A stretch of DNA of 64,000 nucleotides from an uncultured Chloroflexia bacterium (GTDB lineage: Bacteria; Chloroflexota; Anaerolineae; JAAYZQ01): assembly GCA_963700285.1 (NCBI GenBank), contig CAVOXA010000001.1, forward strand, positions 256,001-320,000. Direction: 5' to 3'. The notes under the pieces were generated by a model. It did not search any database, was not told the origin of the DNA, and was given only the letters and a program-made list of their open reading frames with translations. Positions 1-8,662 of the stretch are shown here, piece after piece. Position numbers and translations under genes: made by a program. Within the stretch, counting starts at the first letter, position 1. Every line of letters starts with the position of its first letter.

Positions 1-979
1 GAATTTTGCCAGCAGGCTGGAGACTCAGCTTGGCATTTGGGGCGTGCGTGGCTATTTTGACTTTGTGATCGTTTCCTCAGTGGTGGGGATGGCCAAGCCC
101 GACCCACGGATCTTTGGCCTGGCAGCGAGTAAGGCAGGTCATCCTGCGCACAGGCTGCTGTACGTGGGAGATCACGTCGGCGACGACATCGAGGGGGCTC
201 GGGGCGCAGGCTTGGACGCGGTGCTGATCGACCGTTGGGATCGCCAGCCGGAGGCCCTCTGCTCGCGTATCAGCAGTCTCACGGATCTGGTGGACTATAT
301 TCAGTCGCCCAAATCTCCCGCCCCCGCCATCCTTCTCGATATGGACGGCGTGGTGCTTGACTCGCCACCGATGCATCTTCTCTCCTGGCAGCGGACGCTG
401 GAGCCTTTGGGAGTCAGGCTAGGGGCCGAGGACATCTTTCCACTGGAGGGCATGCCCACCGAGCGAACCGCACAAAAGCTAACCGAGCTTATGCTGGGCC
501 GAGCCTGTTCGCCGCAAGAAGCTCAGCGCCTGGCATCGAGAAAGCGTGAACTGTTTCGCGAGATCTTTCAGCCCACTTTTGTTCCCGGTATCGCCCCCTT
601 GCTTCAGGATCTGTACGGCCGGGGCTATCGTCTGGGACTTGTCACCGGAAGTGCTCGGAGCGTGGTGGATGAGAGCTTTGCTCCCACCGGCTATGCTGAT
701 CTCTTTGAGGTCATTGTCACCGGCGACGATGTGTCGCGAGGCAAGCCAGATCCCGAGCCCTACCAGGTTGCCGCCAGGCAATTGAATGTTCCCCCATCGG
801 ACTGTCTGGTCATAGAGAATGCCCCCTTGGGCATCCGTTCGGCTCGGAGTGCTGGAATGGGCTGCGTGGCCTTGACCACCACCCTGCCAGCCAGCCGGCT
901 GGCGGCTGCCGATCAAGTCTTTGCCCATGCCACGGAGCTGCGAGGCTGGCTCCTCTCGCGCTGGAAAGGCAATCCCTGA
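1..979 (+). CDS. Tandem double HAD-family hydrolase (5' end outside window)
   Basis: Frame open from position 2. C-terminal part of a first HAD domain (KPDPRIF, YVGDHVGDDIEGARGAG) followed in frame by a complete second HAD domain (LLDMDGVVLDS, VTGS, GKPDPEPY, IENAPLGIRSA; beta-phosphoglucomutase-like). Confidence 0.85.
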   Translation, partial: NFASRLETQLGIWGVRGYFDFVIVSSVVGMAKPDPRIFGLAASKAGHPAHRLLYVGDHVGDDIEGARGAGLDAVLIDRWDRQPEALCSRISSLTDLVDYIQSPKSPAPAILLDMDGVVLDSPPMHLLSWQRTLEPLGVRLGAEDIFPLEGMPTERTAQKLTELMLGRACSPQEAQRLASRKRELFREIFQPTFVPGIAPLLQDLYGRGYRLGLVTGSARSVVDESFAPTGYADLFEVIVTGDDVSRGKPDPEPYQVAARQLNVPPSDCLVIENAPLGIRSARSAGMGCVALTTTLPASRLAAADQVFAHATELRGWLLSRWKGNP

Positions 980-1168
980 GGGTTGTTCCACCGGTTCTCG
1001 CCTGCTCATGGATAACCGAGGGGTTTTCTACCTCCGAGGTCTTTTTTGTATTTTGGTCAGTGTTCGGCGGCTGGCGTGGAACTATCTCTCGGACAGCAGC
1101 GTCTATGGGTGTGCGTGCAGCTTGTGGCACGCAACAACTTTAAAGCGAACAGAAAGAGGGAGGTCACA

Positions 1169-1945
1169 ATGTTCAAGAGAATCGGGTTAGCAGTGGCAGT
1201 CACCCTGCTCCTGTCTGCAGGGTTGGCGGGGATTTGGATGCTGGGCCAGGCGACGGATCCTGCAGCGGCCCATGCCGCGCAGGAATCGTCCGGCTACAGC
1301 CCAGCGCAGACAATTACAGTGGTTGGCCAGGGCTCTGTCCGCCTGGAGCCGGACGTTGCCACGGTGAGCGTTGGCCTGGAGACAATGGGTGAGACAGTTG
1401 GCGAAGCCGTTGAGGCGAACGGCGTCAAGATGGAGGCCATTCTGGCGTCGCTGGAAGGAGTCGGCATCGCCCAGCAGGACATCCAGACCACCAACTTTAG
1501 CGTCCAGCTTGACTACTCTCCAGAGCCAATGCCCCGCGCCGGTGGAACGGGTTCGGATGAGCCCCAGCCTCAATACAGGGTCTCGAATATGGTCAACGTC
1601 ACCATCCGCGACCTGGACCAGGTGAGCGAGACCCTGGATGCTGTCATTGAGGCCGGCGCCAATAATATCTGGGGGGTGAACTTTGGCCTGGAGGATTCAA
1701 CAGATGCGCAGGCCAACGCGCGCGCCAAGGCCGTGGAAGATGCCCAAGCCCGGGCGGAATCCCTGGCAGAGCTTGGCGGGGTGGAACTGGGACCGGTCAT
1801 GTCCATGAGCGAGATCATTGGCGGCGGTGCGGTACCCATGCCGGTGATGGCGGCGGAGCGAGCTATGGGTGGCGCCGGACCCATCAGCCCTGGCGAAGTG
1901 GAGGTTAGCTACCAGTTGCAGGTGTCCTACTTTATCGAGCCATAG
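1169..1945 (+). CDS. SIMPL (DUF541) domain exported protein
   Basis: ATG 1169 after GGAGG; N-terminal signal/TM; motifs TITVVGQGSV..PD, DIQTTNFSV, LDAVIEAGANNIWGVNF, AVEDAQARAESLA, ISPGEVEV. Confidence 0.9.
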   Translation: MFKRIGLAVAVTLLLSAGLAGIWMLGQATDPAAAHAAQESSGYSPAQTITVVGQGSVRLEPDVATVSVGLETMGETVGEAVEANGVKMEAILASLEGVGIAQQDIQTTNFSVQLDYSPEPMPRAGGTGSDEPQPQYRVSNMVNVTIRDLDQVSETLDAVIEAGANNIWGVNFGLEDSTDAQANARAKAVEDAQARAESLAELGGVELGPVMSMSEIIGGGAVPMPVMAAERAMGGAGPISPGEVEVSYQLQVSYFIEP

Positions 1946-1966
1946 TGAGGCCATCCCCATCAAGGT

Positions 1967-1999
1967 AGAGCCCGGCCCCGTGGGGGCCGGGCTTTGTTT
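1967..1999. terminator. Rho-independent terminator between convergent genes
   Basis: AGAGCCCGGCCCC-GTG-GGGGCCGGGCTTT stem-loop followed by TGTTT. Confidence 0.8.
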
Positions 2000-2022
2000 A
2001 TGGCATGCGCCTATCGAACGTG

Positions 2023-2583
2023 TCAACTAAACTCGATCTCCAAGGTGTTGGACCAGACCCTGACCGACGGCACCTGCTGGATCAACCCTTCAATACTACG
2101 TTGGTCGGTGACGCGGGTATGCCCCATCCACTGCCGTGGATCGGCTTCGATGGCATCAAAGCTGAGCCTGAACAGGTACCTGCCAGGTTGGGTGGGCTTG
2201 AACCAGGCAAGTTGCTGGATAGGGATAAAACCCTTGCCCTGTGGGTCAAAGCTTTCACCCGGCGCAAGCCGCACAAAGTCCTCAGCGCGCAGGCCCCGAA
2301 CATAGTCCAGATCCTCTGGAAGCCGGGTCTGCTCTAACCCTTTTGGACCCTCGATCTCGGCTACGTACTGAGGATAGCGCAGTCCGTCAGAGCCGGGAAC
2401 AACTCCCACCATCCAAATCGGTTCATCCGAAATATTCGTGATCTGTACCGAAAACTCGGGATCTTTTTCCAGTGCTTGCCTCGGGCCCCCGCCTGAGCGC
2501 AGTTCGATTCTGATCGGCGGCTCTGCATCTGGGATCCCGGGCACGGCAGAATCATGTACAGCCCCACGGGGATTTTTGGCCAT
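2023..2583 (-). CDS. Hypothetical protein, probable beta-sandwich fold; partner of the upstream protease
   Basis: ATG 2583 with GAGGAA, 14 nt after the protease stop; FSVQITNISDEPI..LAPGESF..QPGRYLFRLSF..VWSNTLEIEF pattern. Confidence 0.65.
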   Translation of the reverse strand: MAKNPRGAVHDSAVPGIPDAEPPIRIELRSGGGPRQALEKDPEFSVQITNISDEPIWMVGVVPGSDGLRYPQYVAEIEGPKGLEQTRLPEDLDYVRGLRAEDFVRLAPGESFDPQGKGFIPIQQLAWFKPTQPGRYLFRLSFDAIEADPRQWMGHTRVTDQRSIEGLIQQVPSVRVWSNTLEIEFS

Positions 2584-2596
2584 GGCCTCACTTTCC

Positions 2597-4702
2597 TCAG
2601 TAATCCTCGCCAATCAACTCTGCCCGCGCCCGCATGTCTTCGATGACTTCCGGCTTGACCTTCATGCGCTCAAAGTAGCGAGCGGTCTGGGTCAAAACCG
2701 ACTTGGCTTGCTTGGGCTGGCTGGTCTTGCGATAAAGATCCGACAGCATGTCAACGGCTCGCCCATGGGTAATGTTATCCAGCGAAGAGTACCTGTCCCA
2801 GCGAGGTGAAAAAGCTCGTGCTTTTTCCAATTCCTGAATCGCTTCCTCAGGGTTGGGTTGCCGGATCCTGTCCTGGACAACATCCTTGAACTCCCGGGCC
2901 TGGTTGTATCCAAAACAGTAGTGGATGTAGCGGGCCAGTTTTGTCTTTGGAAACCGTTCCGTAACCTCCCGCAACTGGTCGTTCCCGCCTCGAAGGTACT
3001 CCGCTCCCTGCATATAGAGCACGTGTCCCTGGTCCCGCCCAAAAGTCCACAGGGCCATTTCCTCGTCCTCCTGGTCTTGTGGGAAAGCCACGCGTACGCG
3101 CAGCACGTTCGACCGGATGCGCTGCCCGCTGGCCCCATACACGGCCCACATCTGGTACTCGCCTGGTTCCTCAAAGTAGAATCCATCTGCTCCATAAGCG
3201 ATGAAAACGCTTTCATAGAGCTTTCCCCCGGGAGGCAGTTCGGTCCTCCGTGCTTCGCCGCAGAGTCTGAAGAGAGGGCGAAAGGGGTGTACCTGCCCCT
3301 TTGGATCGCGGATGAACAGCGCCAGCATCCCGAACTGGGGGTTAAGCATGTCGGGCACGACGACCGGTGCATCGGTCTGGTTCTTCAGCTTGAGTTCCAC
3401 GGTTACGGGCTCGGCGAAATCAAAGAGGTAGCGCTCGGGCCGTGTGCGGAGGTATAAAGCAATGGGTGCAGCCTGCTGTCGGCGTGGGGCTGCAGCCGGG
3501 GGCGTAGCAATGTCCTGCCCAGACGGTCCAAAGCCCGCTCCCCCAGGGATAACCTCCAAGAGCGCCTGGTGCCGTAGATGGCGCTGCTCATCGACGTCGA
3601 ATTCGAAGCGAAAATCCTGCCAAAAATCACGGGTACCATCCCAACCTGAGGGCAGGTTGTAACCGTGGGGATAGCGCCAGGGATAGTTCATCCAGGTGGC
3701 CGAGCTTGCCCGGTCTTGGTCGAAGGCGTGCACCAGATTCAGGGCATGCCCCAGCTCGTGGACACAGGTGCGCAGATAGTTCCGGTCAAAATCCTCTGGA
3801 GATAGATGATTCCATACCGAGGTCATGCTGCTGTAAAAGGCTGCCACTCCCTGCCGCGGGCAGGGATCGTTCGGGTCGCGGTAGTGGCTGTCGTACATGA
3901 TTCCGGTGATTGTGCGGTCTGGGTAGAGCCTGTGATGGGTGGCGACAAGCAGATAGAGCTTCCATTGGGGCTCATCCCGCCATTGCGAGAAATGATTCTC
4001 CATGGCATGGTGCAGTTCGTCCTCGTCCCACTTGAGATCGTTACCGGCTTCGGCTGGCGCAAAGACCTCGCTATCGGAGATAAGGCGCATATCGATCCCA
4101 GCCCGGCGGTAGGCGTGCGCGATGCTCAGGTCCAGAGGAGGGAGATCAGGCGGACGTTCTGCAAGGGCGGTGGACTGGAAGGTACGGGGCAGCTTGGTCC
4201 CGGTGATCCGGTCGATCTCCAGGTCGATCGTGCGCTGATAATCTGACGTCTTTTGGCACGAATACCTAGTCTCGTGACTGCCCCAGCGCAGGACGTGGAC
4301 GGTGGCAGGCACAGGGGCTTCGGGGGCGGTGGACAAAGGAATGAGTGCTTGCAGGATGTGCCTGGCTGAAGCCTCTTGCCCGGTCGACCGCAGGTCCCTG
4401 CTGCGGTAGTAGATCATGTCGCCGCTGATGCTCACCTGCTCGGGTTCCCATCTTATGGAGGGGTGCTCGACGACAAAAGAATGGCGGTACTCCCACTCCC
4501 CACCACCCATATCCTGGAAAAAATCGCCGCTCACGAGATTGAGCGGTTGGTACTGAAGCTGAGAGCTTTCGCCTAGATCTACTCGGAGTTCAAGCCGGTT
4601 GGAACCATCCTGGCCAACATAGGTGCCGCTGACAGGCCGATATCCCCCCTCAAGGTGGGAACTCTCGCCCACAGCGAGTACGTCAGAGAACACCTCGTTC
4701 AT
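2597..4702 (-). CDS. Zinc metallopeptidase (metzincin-like) with C-terminal beta-sandwich and TPR-like helices
   Basis: ATG 4702 with AGGAGG; HELGHALNLVH zinc motif followed by a Met-turn-like ATWMNYP; no signal peptide. Confidence 0.75.
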   Translation of the reverse strand: MNEVFSDVLAVGESSHLEGGYRPVSGTYVGQDGSNRLELRVDLGESSQLQYQPLNLVSGDFFQDMGGGEWEYRHSFVVEHPSIRWEPEQVSISGDMIYYRSRDLRSTGQEASARHILQALIPLSTAPEAPVPATVHVLRWGSHETRYSCQKTSDYQRTIDLEIDRITGTKLPRTFQSTALAERPPDLPPLDLSIAHAYRRAGIDMRLISDSEVFAPAEAGNDLKWDEDELHHAMENHFSQWRDEPQWKLYLLVATHHRLYPDRTITGIMYDSHYRDPNDPCPRQGVAAFYSSMTSVWNHLSPEDFDRNYLRTCVHELGHALNLVHAFDQDRASSATWMNYPWRYPHGYNLPSGWDGTRDFWQDFRFEFDVDEQRHLRHQALLEVIPGGAGFGPSGQDIATPPAAAPRRQQAAPIALYLRTRPERYLFDFAEPVTVELKLKNQTDAPVVVPDMLNPQFGMLALFIRDPKGQVHPFRPLFRLCGEARRTELPPGGKLYESVFIAYGADGFYFEEPGEYQMWAVYGASGQRIRSNVLRVRVAFPQDQEDEEMALWTFGRDQGHVLYMQGAEYLRGGNDQLREVTERFPKTKLARYIHYCFGYNQAREFKDVVQDRIRQPNPEEAIQELEKARAFSPRWDRYSSLDNITHGRAVDMLSDLYRKTSQPKQAKSVLTQTARYFERMKVKPEVIEDMRARAELIGEDY

Positions 4703-4732
4703 CGACAAAGCCCTCCTGCTGATTTCATCACT

Positions 4733-4761
4733 ATTATATATGATTCTCATCAGAAAGGCAA
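4733..4761 (-). promoter_or_regulatory. Sigma70-type promoter for the metallopeptidase operon
   Basis: TTGCCT-17 nt-TATAAT on the minus strand. Confidence 0.55.
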
Positions 4762-4776
4762 ATAACTGGGGGTAAG

Positions 4777-5160
4777 TTAGGCAGCCGACCATGAAGCGCT
4801 GAGCCTCAGCTCACTGGCCTGTGCTTCAACGAGGCTTGGCAACGATGGAATTTGGGCTGCCTTGGAAATGCGATCGTGAATGTACTGGTAGAAGCTGATG
4901 TCCAGTTTCCTGGTCGTGGCGACCAGGCTCATAAAGGTGTTCCACGCCTTGACGCCATCTTGCGTTCGCGGGCCGAAACTGACGTCGCGCTTCCGCACTC
5001 TTTGACGCGCTTCCAACTCAGCCGGATTGTTATGCAACGGGATCTCGGGGTACTTGAGCACCATCAGCAAGGACGCTCTCTTTGCCCGCGTCTTGGCGAT
5101 CCGGGCATCCAGGGCTTCATAGCCGGTGCTGGCCGAAGACAGCCGGTCAAACCTCGTTGC
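4777..5160 (-). pseudogene. IS66-like transposase C-terminal remnant
   Basis: GYEALDARIAKT..LLMVLKYPEIPLHNNPAELEARQRVRKRDVSFGPRT..WNTFMSLVATTRKL; N-terminus missing. Confidence 0.75.
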
Positions 5161-5493
5161 CTTTTGGGAAGGCTCCTCGAGCGACCTGCGCCGTCTCAGC
5201 GGGAATTACAAACCAATCATGGGCATGTAGAGTCACTGTCTACCTCCTTCTGTCTTTTCCCTCTTTATTCTGCCACAGCTTGCCCGTTCTGTCACATGTC
5301 CCTTGAGCCAACCCGGTCACTTTGCATAAAAAACCGACAGTATCAATCAGTTGCCGGGCGTTCTCGTCCTGGTTGTTGCTCAGATCCATATCTTCAAACA
5401 TAAGGGTGCTATCCTACCCACTCTTGCTCATCACGTCAAATCTACAACTGTGCCTATCCTTCGGGGCCTTTCCCCCGGTTTATTGAGATGATA

Positions 5494-5558
5494 CGGTGCT
5501 TGCATTGAAACCAACAGAAATCTGCCTAGCACCGCCTGTTCACGGCGGTGCAATCAAT
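5494..5558. repeat. Structured dispersed repeat, copy 1 (copy 2 at 16993-17061)
   Basis: 43/51 identity over 5501-5551 vs 17001-17051; GCACCGCC-TGTTCAC-GGCGGTGC hairpin. Confidence 0.7.
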
Positions 5559-5569
5559 CTGCGGCAGCC

Positions 5570-6175
5570 TTACCTGGACGGAGTGGGTAAGCGTCACACG
5601 CTGGGGACATGCTTGGTCAGGTTCCCGACAGCCAAGCTGGTTGGCTCGCCTGTTCCCCGCGTGTGCCTTGTCTACCTACTCACTGGAGGCGGGAAGAAGT
5701 GTCTCAACACCTGCAAGGCCAGAACGTGAGTGTTAGTCGGCGTCAAGTGCGCCAGTACTATGGATCGGTCCTTGCCCAAGTATTCCCCAAAGCCCAACAT
5801 CACGAGTGCCTCTTTCACGCCCTTCAGGATATCAGTCGCTACCAGCAAACGACCTGGGGCCGGGATTATGCACAACAGCATCCAGAAGCCGAGGAGGTAC
5901 GCCAAGCGGCGGTACGCAGTTTTCAAGTCCGGACGAAGCGGACTGCTCAGAAGCGCTATCAAGCCCTGCTGAACCAGCGGGACAAGTACCTTCAGGGTGA
6001 GCCTGAACTGCAGTGGGTCTTTGACTTTCTCAAACGGCACTGGCCTTGTCTGATCAATGCCGTCGAGAGCGACGGTATTCCCAAGACAAACAATGCAGTG
6101 GAAATGGTGATCCGGAGATTCGAGGCAAGTGCCCTCTACAACTGGCCGGGTACGACCCAAGCCGCATGCCGATGA
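5570..6175 (+). pseudogene. DDE transposase remnant (IS256/Mutator-like)
   Basis: VLAQVFPKAQHHECLFHALQ (CxxH) and IPKTNNAVEMVIRRF motifs; truncated. Confidence 0.65.
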
Positions 6176-6407
6176 CCTGGTTGTGTCGGGGATACAGCCT
6201 GGAACGGCCGATGAAACTGGACGGCGCAGATGTCCCCAGCCTGTGACGGTTCCGGTGTGGGTGCTTTTCACCAGTGTGGATTGTGGTATAATACCTGCAA
6301 CGAGGAACCATTCTTGGGGTGTGGTACAAAAGGTGGGCAAAGCCCCACCTCTCTACACCGCGGCTACAGGCAGGCTCGTAACGAGGATGAAGGCTGGAAA
6401 GGGGGGG

Positions 6408-6651
6408 ATGTCTTCTGTGCTGACTAACAACTCCCAACATTGAACTGACCTTTGATCAGCTTCTGTCGGCGGTCCACCAGCTTGAACCAGAAGCGTGATC
6501 GGAGCTGGCCCGGGCTCTCATGGAACCCGAGTTGGATTTGCGCATGGCCCAGTTGATCAGCAGTCTAACGAATAGGCCCGGTGCAGACGACATCTCCGAT
6601 GTGGACCTTGTGGCTGAAGTAGAGGCTGTCCGCGGGCAAAGCAACCAGTGA
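6408..6651 (+). pseudogene. Decayed putative antitoxin (frameshift ~6426, in-frame TGA 6496-6498)
   Basis: Manual translation MSSVLT/TPNIELTFDQLLSAVHQLEPEA*SELARALMEPELDLRMAQLISSL..DISDVDLVAEVEAVRGQSNQ; TGATG overlap with the PIN gene. Confidence 0.55.
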
Positions 6652-6818
6652 TGCTGCGGGTCGTTGTCGACACAAACATCTGGATCCGTACCCTGTTGGG
6701 TGAGCCGGTCACGGTCCCGATCTTGGGAGCCTGGCGGGCTGATCTGCGTGCGCTGATGGAACAGTACGGCGTGCAGTTCTGGGGCGTGGGCAGCCTGCTT
6801 GAGTGTATTCGGGATTGA
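6651..6818 (+). pseudogene. Internally deleted PIN-domain (VapC-like) toxin
   Basis: MLRVVVDTNIWIRTLLG PIN N-terminal motif; only 55 aa, core missing. Confidence 0.65.
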
Positions 6819-6927
6819 TCGGCTTTGGGCCACCGAAGCGCTTCTGTACATCGAGCCATCCGTGAAACCCGTTCCCAGAAACCGTTGACAGGTGTTCCCC
6901 GGTGGATCCTAACGCATCCTGGCCCAT

Positions 6928-6956
6928 TTGACTTTTCCCCACACCTGTGCTATTAT
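6928..6956 (+). promoter_or_regulatory. his operon promoter
   Basis: TTGACT-17 nt-TATTAT with a TG extended -10, 25 nt before the leader peptide ATG. Confidence 0.7.
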
Positions 6957-6980
6957 TCCTGCCGAGGTACCAAGAATACC

Positions 6981-7052
6981 ATGAGCAAACAGCCGTACCA
7001 AAGCAATTCAAGCCAGCAAGCCCTGCTTGCTGCCCATCATCATAAGCCGTAG
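6981..7052 (+). CDS. hisL: Putative histidine operon leader peptide MSKQPYQSNSSQQALLAAHHHKP
   Basis: 23-aa ORF with CAT CAT CAT (7035-7043) near its end, between the promoter and a terminator upstream of hisZ. Confidence 0.75.
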   Translation: MSKQPYQSNSSQQALLAAHHHKP

Positions 7053-7140
7053 GATGAGGCCCGGCGCTCCACGGGAGCGCGGGCAAGTGCGCGCGCGGCC
7101 TCATCCTCAAAGACTGGTCAACAGACCGGTCTTTTTTCTT
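7051..7140 (+). promoter_or_regulatory. Attenuator-like RNA structure ending in an intrinsic terminator
   Basis: AGGATGAGGCC (7051-7061) pairs with GGCCTCATCCT (7097-7107), enclosing hairpin GCGCTCC/GGAGCGC; terminator AAAGACTGGTC-AACA-GACCGGTCTTTTTT (7109-7137). Confidence 0.7.
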
Positions 7141-7146
7141 GTAATC

Positions 7147-7195
7147 ACCTTCCAGGAAGCTCCAAGCTCTCGCAGAGAGCCGCTTCCTGGAAGGT
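7147..7195. repeat. REP-like nested palindrome in the his 5' leader
   Basis: ACCTTCCAGGAAGC / GCTTCCTGGAAGGT 14-bp inverted repeat with inner GCTCTC/GAGAGC. Confidence 0.6.
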
Positions 7196-7221
7196 AACCT
7201 GGACAGTTGAAAGGGATACCA

Positions 7222-8508
7222 GTGACAGCCAAACCAAACCCGACGCCAGAATTGCGCAGCCAGATCCCTCACGGTGTCCAGGACCGTTTTCTGGTCGAGG
7301 CGGTCCGGCGCCGCCGGGCGGAAGCCGATCTGTGTGAGGCTTTTGCCCGCTGGGGCTACCAGGAAGTGATCCCGCCCACCTTTGAGTACCACGACAACCT
7401 GACCGTCGGCGCCAGCGCCGAGCTGCAGCGGGCCATGTACCGTTTTTTCGACCACGAGGGGCGCACGCTGGCGCTGCGGGCCGACTTTACGCCGCAGATC
7501 GCCCGCACCGCGGCCACCAAGCTGGTCGACCAGCCCCTGCCCCTGCGCTGCTTTTACGTGGGCAGCCTCTTTCGCCGCGAAGAGCCCCAGGCGGGGCGAA
7601 AACGTGAATTCACCCAGGCCGGCGTAGAGTTGCTGGGCGCCGATACGGCGGCCGCCGATGCCGAGGTGGTAGCCCTGTCGGTCGAGGCGCTGGAGGCGCT
7701 GCACCTGCGCGATTTCCAGGTCAACCTGGGACAGATGGCTTTCTTCCGGGCCCTGACCGGTAACCTGCCCCGGGGCCTCCTGTCTTCGGTGCGCGAGGCG
7801 GTCGATCACAAGAACAGCATCGGGCTCGCCCTCGCCCTGGAGGAAGCCGGTGTGGGCGGCGCGCGCCGCGACCTGCTCTGCCGCTTGCCCGACCTAATCG
7901 GCGGGCCCGAGATCCTGGACGAGGCGCGGGCGCTGGCCGCCGGCCTGCCGCAGGCGCCGGATGCCCTGCCGGCCCTGGATCGCCTGGAGGCAACTTACCG
8001 CCTGCTGGAGGCCTACGGCGTCGCCGACCGGATCATCCTGGACCTGGGCGAGGTGCGGGGCATGGACTATTACACGGGCATCACCTTCCGGGGCGTGGCG
8101 CCAGGCCTGGGCTGGCCCATCGTCAGCGGTGGGCGCTACGATGACCTCATCGCCAGATTTGGCCGCCCGCTGGCCGCTGTGGGCCTAGGCCTGGGCATCG
8201 AGCGGGCGCTACTGGTCCAGGCCAAACAGGGCGCGCCGCGGCCCGCCATCAACGCCCACCTGCTGCTGCCTGGCTGCCAGGATCCCGCCTGCCTGTCGCT
8301 GGCCCGCCGCCTTCGGGATCTGGGCTGCCGGGTCGAGATCGATCCCCTGGGGCTGGATGCGCAGGATCTGGCGCTTCAAGCCCGCCGGCGGGGGGTCCTG
8401 CGCACCCTGACCCGGTCTGGCCGGCAATGGCTCCTGGCCGATACCCAGGGCGGAGAGCGTCTGCTGTCGGAGAGCGAGCTGCTTCAGGAAGCCGGGCTAT
8501 GGGCTTGA
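7222..8508 (+). CDS. hisZ: ATP phosphoribosyltransferase regulatory subunit
   Basis: QIPHGVQD, WGYQEVIPPTFEY, LRADFTPQIAR, REFTQAGVEL, DLGEVRGMDYYTG, GGRYDDL; adjacent to short hisG. Confidence 0.93.
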   Translation: MTAKPNPTPELRSQIPHGVQDRFLVEAVRRRRAEADLCEAFARWGYQEVIPPTFEYHDNLTVGASAELQRAMYRFFDHEGRTLALRADFTPQIARTAATKLVDQPLPLRCFYVGSLFRREEPQAGRKREFTQAGVELLGADTAAADAEVVALSVEALEALHLRDFQVNLGQMAFFRALTGNLPRGLLSSVREAVDHKNSIGLALALEEAGVGGARRDLLCRLPDLIGGPEILDEARALAAGLPQAPDALPALDRLEATYRLLEAYGVADRIILDLGEVRGMDYYTGITFRGVAPGLGWPIVSGGRYDDLIARFGRPLAAVGLGLGIERALLVQAKQGAPRPAINAHLLLPGCQDPACLSLARRLRDLGCRVEIDPLGLDAQDLALQARRRGVLRTLTRSGRQWLLADTQGGERLLSESELLQEAGLWA

Positions 8509-8546
8509 TGGGTCCGAACATAATGGGCAACAAATACCTCGATCCT

Positions 8547-8634
8547 GTCATTGCGAGCGGAGGCATCTTTTGCCGGAGCGAAGCAATCTCCATTCTCCAT
8601 CGCGAATTCCTCTGCGCTCTCTGCCTCTGCGGTT
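8547..8634. repeat. Intergenic palindromic element (GTCATTGCGAG...CGAAGCAATCT type) plus CTCTGCG-type short repeats
   Basis: GTCATTGCGAGCGG..GCGAAGCAATCTC (8547-8590) followed by CTCTGCGCTCTCTGCCTCTGCGGTT. Confidence 0.55.
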
Positions 8635-8662
8635 CAAAGCTCTCCAGAGAGGAGATGAATGA

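Noticed and set aside
5501-5511. ATTGAAAC resembling a CRISPR repeat end
   Set aside because: Isolated occurrence within a dispersed repeat; no array periodicity.
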